From Candidatus Latescibacterota bacterium (GTDB lineage Bacteria; Latescibacterota; UBA2968; UBA8231): a stretch of DNA of 64,000 bases. Positions within the stretch are counted from its first letter, which is position 1. Every line of letters starts with the position of its first letter. The stretch spans positions 2,464,001 to 2,528,000 of the forward strand of contig OZ242005.1 of assembly GCA_965204725.1 (NCBI GenBank), read 5' to 3'. Below, one piece after another: positions 60,859 through 64,000 of this stretch. The notes below the pieces were generated by a model. The model ran no database searches. It was not told the DNA's origin and saw only the letters and a list, made by a program, of their open reading frames with translations. Made by a program: the position numbers and the translations under genes.

Positions 60859-62646
60859 GTGGCCAAAGAATACAAAGGCCCCAAATACGTCGTCGTGACC
60901 GGCGGCGTAATAAGCGGTGTGGGCAAGGGCTTGACCACCGCTTCCATCGGCAAGATCCTGCAGCAATACGGCTACAGCACCACCGCCGTCAAGATCGATC
61001 CATACATCAACTACGACGCCGGCACCATGCGGCCCACCGAGCACGGCGAGGTGTGGGTGACGGACGACGGCGGCGAAATAGATCAAGATTTGGGCAATTA
61101 CGAGCGCTTCTTGGGGTTGGATCTGCCGCGTTCCAACAACCTGACCACCGGGCAGATTTACCTCACGGTCATTGAGCGCGAGCGGCGCGGCGAGTACCTC
61201 GGCGAGACCGTGCAGCCGATCCCCCACATTACCGACGAGATCACCCGCCGCTTGCAGGCCGCGGGCGCGGGCTACGACATCGTGCTGGTCGAGATCGGCG
61301 GGATCGTCGGCGACTACGAAAACGAGCCGTTCCTCTTCGCGGTCAAGACCTTAGAGCGCGACTTGGGCAAGGAGCACTTTGCCCACGCGCTGATTACCTA
61401 TCTCCCCATTCCGCCGCACGTCGGCGAGATGAAGACCAAGCCCACGCAGCAGGCCATTCGCATGCTCAGCGAGCACGGCATTTTTCCCGATTTCATCGTC
61501 TGTCGCGCCGAGACCGCCACCGACGAGGTCCGCAAGAAAAAGATCCAGATCGGCGCCAACGTGCCCAACGACCACATCATTTCGGCTCCAGACTCGGAGA
61601 CGATCTACAACATCCCGCTGGTTTTGGAAAAAGAAGGGCTCGGCGAAAAAATTCTCAGCAGGCTCGGCTGCACGCCCAAGCAGACGCCCGACTGGCGGCC
61701 TTGGCGCGAATTGGTCAAGCGCAGCCGGCAGCCGCGCCAGCGCGTCCGCGTGGCCATGGTCGGCAAATACGTGGGCACGGGCGATTTTCAGCTCACGGAT
61801 TCGTACATTTCGGTCAATCAATCGCTGCTGCACGTCGGCGTGGCGTCGGACGCCCAGGTCGATATCACTTGGATTGACGGCCACGAGTTTGAGCGCGGCG
61901 ACGTGGAGCTAACCCAGCTTAGTGCCTTCGACGGCATTATCGTCCCCGGGGCCTTTGGCGCCGGAGGGGCCGAGGGCGTGATTGCGGCCATTCGCTACGC
62001 CCGCGAGCACGACATCCCCTATTTGGGCCTGTGCTACGGCTTGCAGCTCGCCGTGATCGAATACGCCCGCCATGTTGCCGGAATCACCGAAGCCACTTCC
62101 GAAGAGTTCGCCGCCAACTCCGAGTGGAAGGTCATCTGCGTCCAAGAAGCGCAGAAGATCGCCCTAGAGCAAAACCGCTACGGCGGCAGCATGCGCTTGG
62201 GCGCATACGCGGCGGTGCTTAAAAACGACAGCCGCGTCCTCCAGCTCTACGAGGCATCGGGCCGCCTCGACGAAGACGCCCGTCGCATCGAGCAACTGCT
62301 GGCCAATCCCGAGCAAGCGTTCCGCGTTGGCTTGGTCATGCTGGAGCGCGACAAAGTGGCCTTAGAGCGCCACCGCCATCGCTACGAGGTCTCGCCCCGC
62401 TTCATCGAGCTACTCGAGGAGGAGGGGCTGGTCTTTTCGGGGTATCACCGCCGCGTAGATGGCACCCGCTTGATGGAATTTATCGAGTTGCCAGCACACC
62501 GCTTCTTCATCGCCACCCAAGCCCATCCCGAGTTCAAGTCGCGGATGGACAATCCCTCGCCCTTGTTTGCCGGGTTTGTCGAGGCCGCGTTGGCCTACCA
62601 ACGCGAAGGGGCCAGCCATGAGGAGGGGCAGGCGGCGGCCTCCTAG
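60859..62646 (+). CDS. pyrG: CTP synthase
   Basis: TGGVISGVGKG, KIDPYIN, KTKPTQ, GLCYGLQ, ERHRHRYE, HPEF. Confidence 0.97.
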   Translation: MAKEYKGPKYVVVTGGVISGVGKGLTTASIGKILQQYGYSTTAVKIDPYINYDAGTMRPTEHGEVWVTDDGGEIDQDLGNYERFLGLDLPRSNNLTTGQIYLTVIERERRGEYLGETVQPIPHITDEITRRLQAAGAGYDIVLVEIGGIVGDYENEPFLFAVKTLERDLGKEHFAHALITYLPIPPHVGEMKTKPTQQAIRMLSEHGIFPDFIVCRAETATDEVRKKKIQIGANVPNDHIISAPDSETIYNIPLVLEKEGLGEKILSRLGCTPKQTPDWRPWRELVKRSRQPRQRVRVAMVGKYVGTGDFQLTDSYISVNQSLLHVGVASDAQVDITWIDGHEFERGDVELTQLSAFDGIIVPGAFGAGGAEGVIAAIRYAREHDIPYLGLCYGLQLAVIEYARHVAGITEATSEEFAANSEWKVICVQEAQKIALEQNRYGGSMRLGAYAAVLKNDSRVLQLYEASGRLDEDARRIEQLLANPEQAFRVGLVMLERDKVALERHRHRYEVSPRFIELLEEEGLVFSGYHRRVDGTRLMEFIELPAHRFFIATQAHPEFKSRMDNPSPLFAGFVEAALAYQREGASHEEGQAAAS

Positions 62647-62650
62647 TGGG

Positions 62651-64000
62651 ATGGGCGGTACAATCGCTTCAGAGGGCCGCGCTTTCCCGGGGGGAGCGCG
62701 GCTTTTTCGCGTTTGCGGCGCGGCCATGCTCTGGGCCTGCGGCGCGGGAGAAGCCCCGGAAGAGCCACTGCAGATCCCCGCAGTCGATGGGGAAGCATGG
62801 GACGCGCACATCGAGATGGGACGACCCGGCCACCGCATCCAGATCCGCGCCGCTTATTGGCGCGAGTTTTCCAAGGCCCAGCGAGTCATCGCCACCGGCG
62901 GCGTAGAGGTTGCATTTCGCGGGGGGGAAGCCGCTTCCATGCTGCGGGCCGAGCGCTTGGTGCTCGAACACAAGCGAGACCGCTTTGGTTTGGCCGGCAA
63001 CGTGGTGTTGCGCGCCGGCGATAGCCTAGCGATCCACGCCGACACCCTGCTGTGGGAAGGCGCGCACGAGCAGTTGCGCATTCCGGGCGCATTGCGCGTA
63101 GAGCTCGACGAGGGGCGGGAGTGGGGGCGCAATCTCACGAGCAATTTCGCCGTGGATGCGTGGTCCTTAGAAGCGGTTGAGGGCCTTTGGCGCGGCCGGG
63201 ACGGCGCGGTCGTGGAGGTGCGCGCCCAGCGCGAAGAAAGCCGTCTCGTCGCGGGGGTGCGAGAAATAGCCTACGACAGCGTCGAGGTGCGCTACGACGG
63301 AATGCAACTGACCGGGCCGCATGCCGCGTTCCTCCCCCAGAGCCGCCGATTCAATATCAGCGGGGGAGTTGAGGGCACCGACTCGCTGGCGCGATTTGCG
63401 GCCGACGAAGTCGCAGTGGATGCCCAAAAGCAGCGGCTGGTGGCGCGGGGCGCGGTGTGCTACCGCGAGGAGGAGGCCGAGTTGCGGGCCGACGAGGTCG
63501 AGGAGGACCGCAGCGCAGGGCGCTGGCAGGCTCGCGGGGCGCCGGCGACCTTTGTGCAGGGCGAGCGGCAGATCGAGGCCCGCCAGTTGACGTATTCGCG
63601 CCCCGAGCGCACGCTCACAGCGCAGGGCGGGGTGGTCTTGCGTGCGGGGGCGCGGACGCTGACGGCCCAAACCCTCCGCTATCAGCGCGACGGCCAAGTC
63701 GAGGCCGAGGGCGCGATTGATCTAAGAGCACCCGAATTGGATGGCGCGCTCGCCGGCGATTCGCTCTTTCTCGACTTGGAGCAGGAGGCCGGGTGGGTGC
63801 GGGGAGGCCCCTCGCTGCGGCGGCGCGATGTCGCACTCTCCGCCCCTGAGTTGCGCTTCGATCTCGCGCAGGGTCGGTTGGCCGGAACCGGCGGTTTTGC
63901 CCTGCACACCGCAGGGCTGGAGATCGCGGCCGAGCGCGGTACATACCAAGCGGATTCCATCTGGGTAGCCGAGGGCGTGGTGTTGGAAGAGCGCGACGAC
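62651..64000 (+). CDS. LptC/OstA-like beta-jellyroll LPS transport protein, runs off the right edge
   Basis: Not in the ORF track. Open frame from ATG 62651 (or 62618) with LWAC lipobox, GGVEVAF, AGNVV, ADTLLWE and repeated jellyroll-type strands; lies after pyrG. Confidence 0.7.
   Translation, partial: MGGTIASEGRAFPGGARLFRVCGAAMLWACGAGEAPEEPLQIPAVDGEAWDAHIEMGRPGHRIQIRAAYWREFSKAQRVIATGGVEVAFRGGEAASMLRAERLVLEHKRDRFGLAGNVVLRAGDSLAIHADTLLWEGAHEQLRIPGALRVELDEGREWGRNLTSNFAVDAWSLEAVEGLWRGRDGAVVEVRAQREESRLVAGVREIAYDSVEVRYDGMQLTGPHAAFLPQSRRFNISGGVEGTDSLARFAADEVAVDAQKQRLVARGAVCYREEEAELRADEVEEDRSAGRWQARGAPATFVQGERQIEARQLTYSRPERTLTAQGGVVLRAGARTLTAQTLRYQRDGQVEAEGAIDLRAPELDGALAGDSLFLDLEQEAGWVRGGPSLRRRDVALSAPELRFDLAQGRLAGTGGFALHTAGLEIAAERGTYQADSIWVAEGVVLEERDD

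Overview
High-GC bacterial chromosome segment. The FlgD-Ig/T9SS-type C-terminal domains, the TWGxIK tail, the PhyH-HEAT fusion and the LRR arrays suggest an FCB-related lineage such as Ca. Latescibacterota; this taxonomy is inference only. A housekeeping backbone (carB, nnr, galU, sulfite/nitrite reductase, ferredoxin, E1 alpha/beta, rfbC, pyrE-like, smc, gatC, pyrG, lptC-like) is interrupted by four accessory blocks. (1) A single-chain Type IIG-like restriction-modification gene beside a truncated CHAT/caspase-like gene (4.8-8.1 kb). (2) A six-gene secreted/surface operon with three paralogous FlgD-Ig proteins, a putative outer-membrane protein, a TWGQIK-tail protein and a dedicated PPIase (13.9-26.1 kb). 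(3) A tandem array of five internalin-like LRR genes, hypervariable only at the concave face, ending in a VIT-vWA gene (35.4-46.0 kb). (4) A ~5 kb island bounded by a duplicated rfbC 3' end, encoding a PAPS-reductase-like PP-loop enzyme, an SF2 helicase, a MORC/GHKL ATPase and a PLD-family nuclease with no methyltransferase (50.1-55.3 kb). Block 4 is the best candidate for an undescribed defence/DNA-modification system. Also seen: a sigma54 promoter with tandem palindromes upstream of an ECF sigma gene, a MITE-like element and several gene remnants. No rRNA, tRNA or CRISPR array was recognised. All family assignments come from motif recognition, not database searches.
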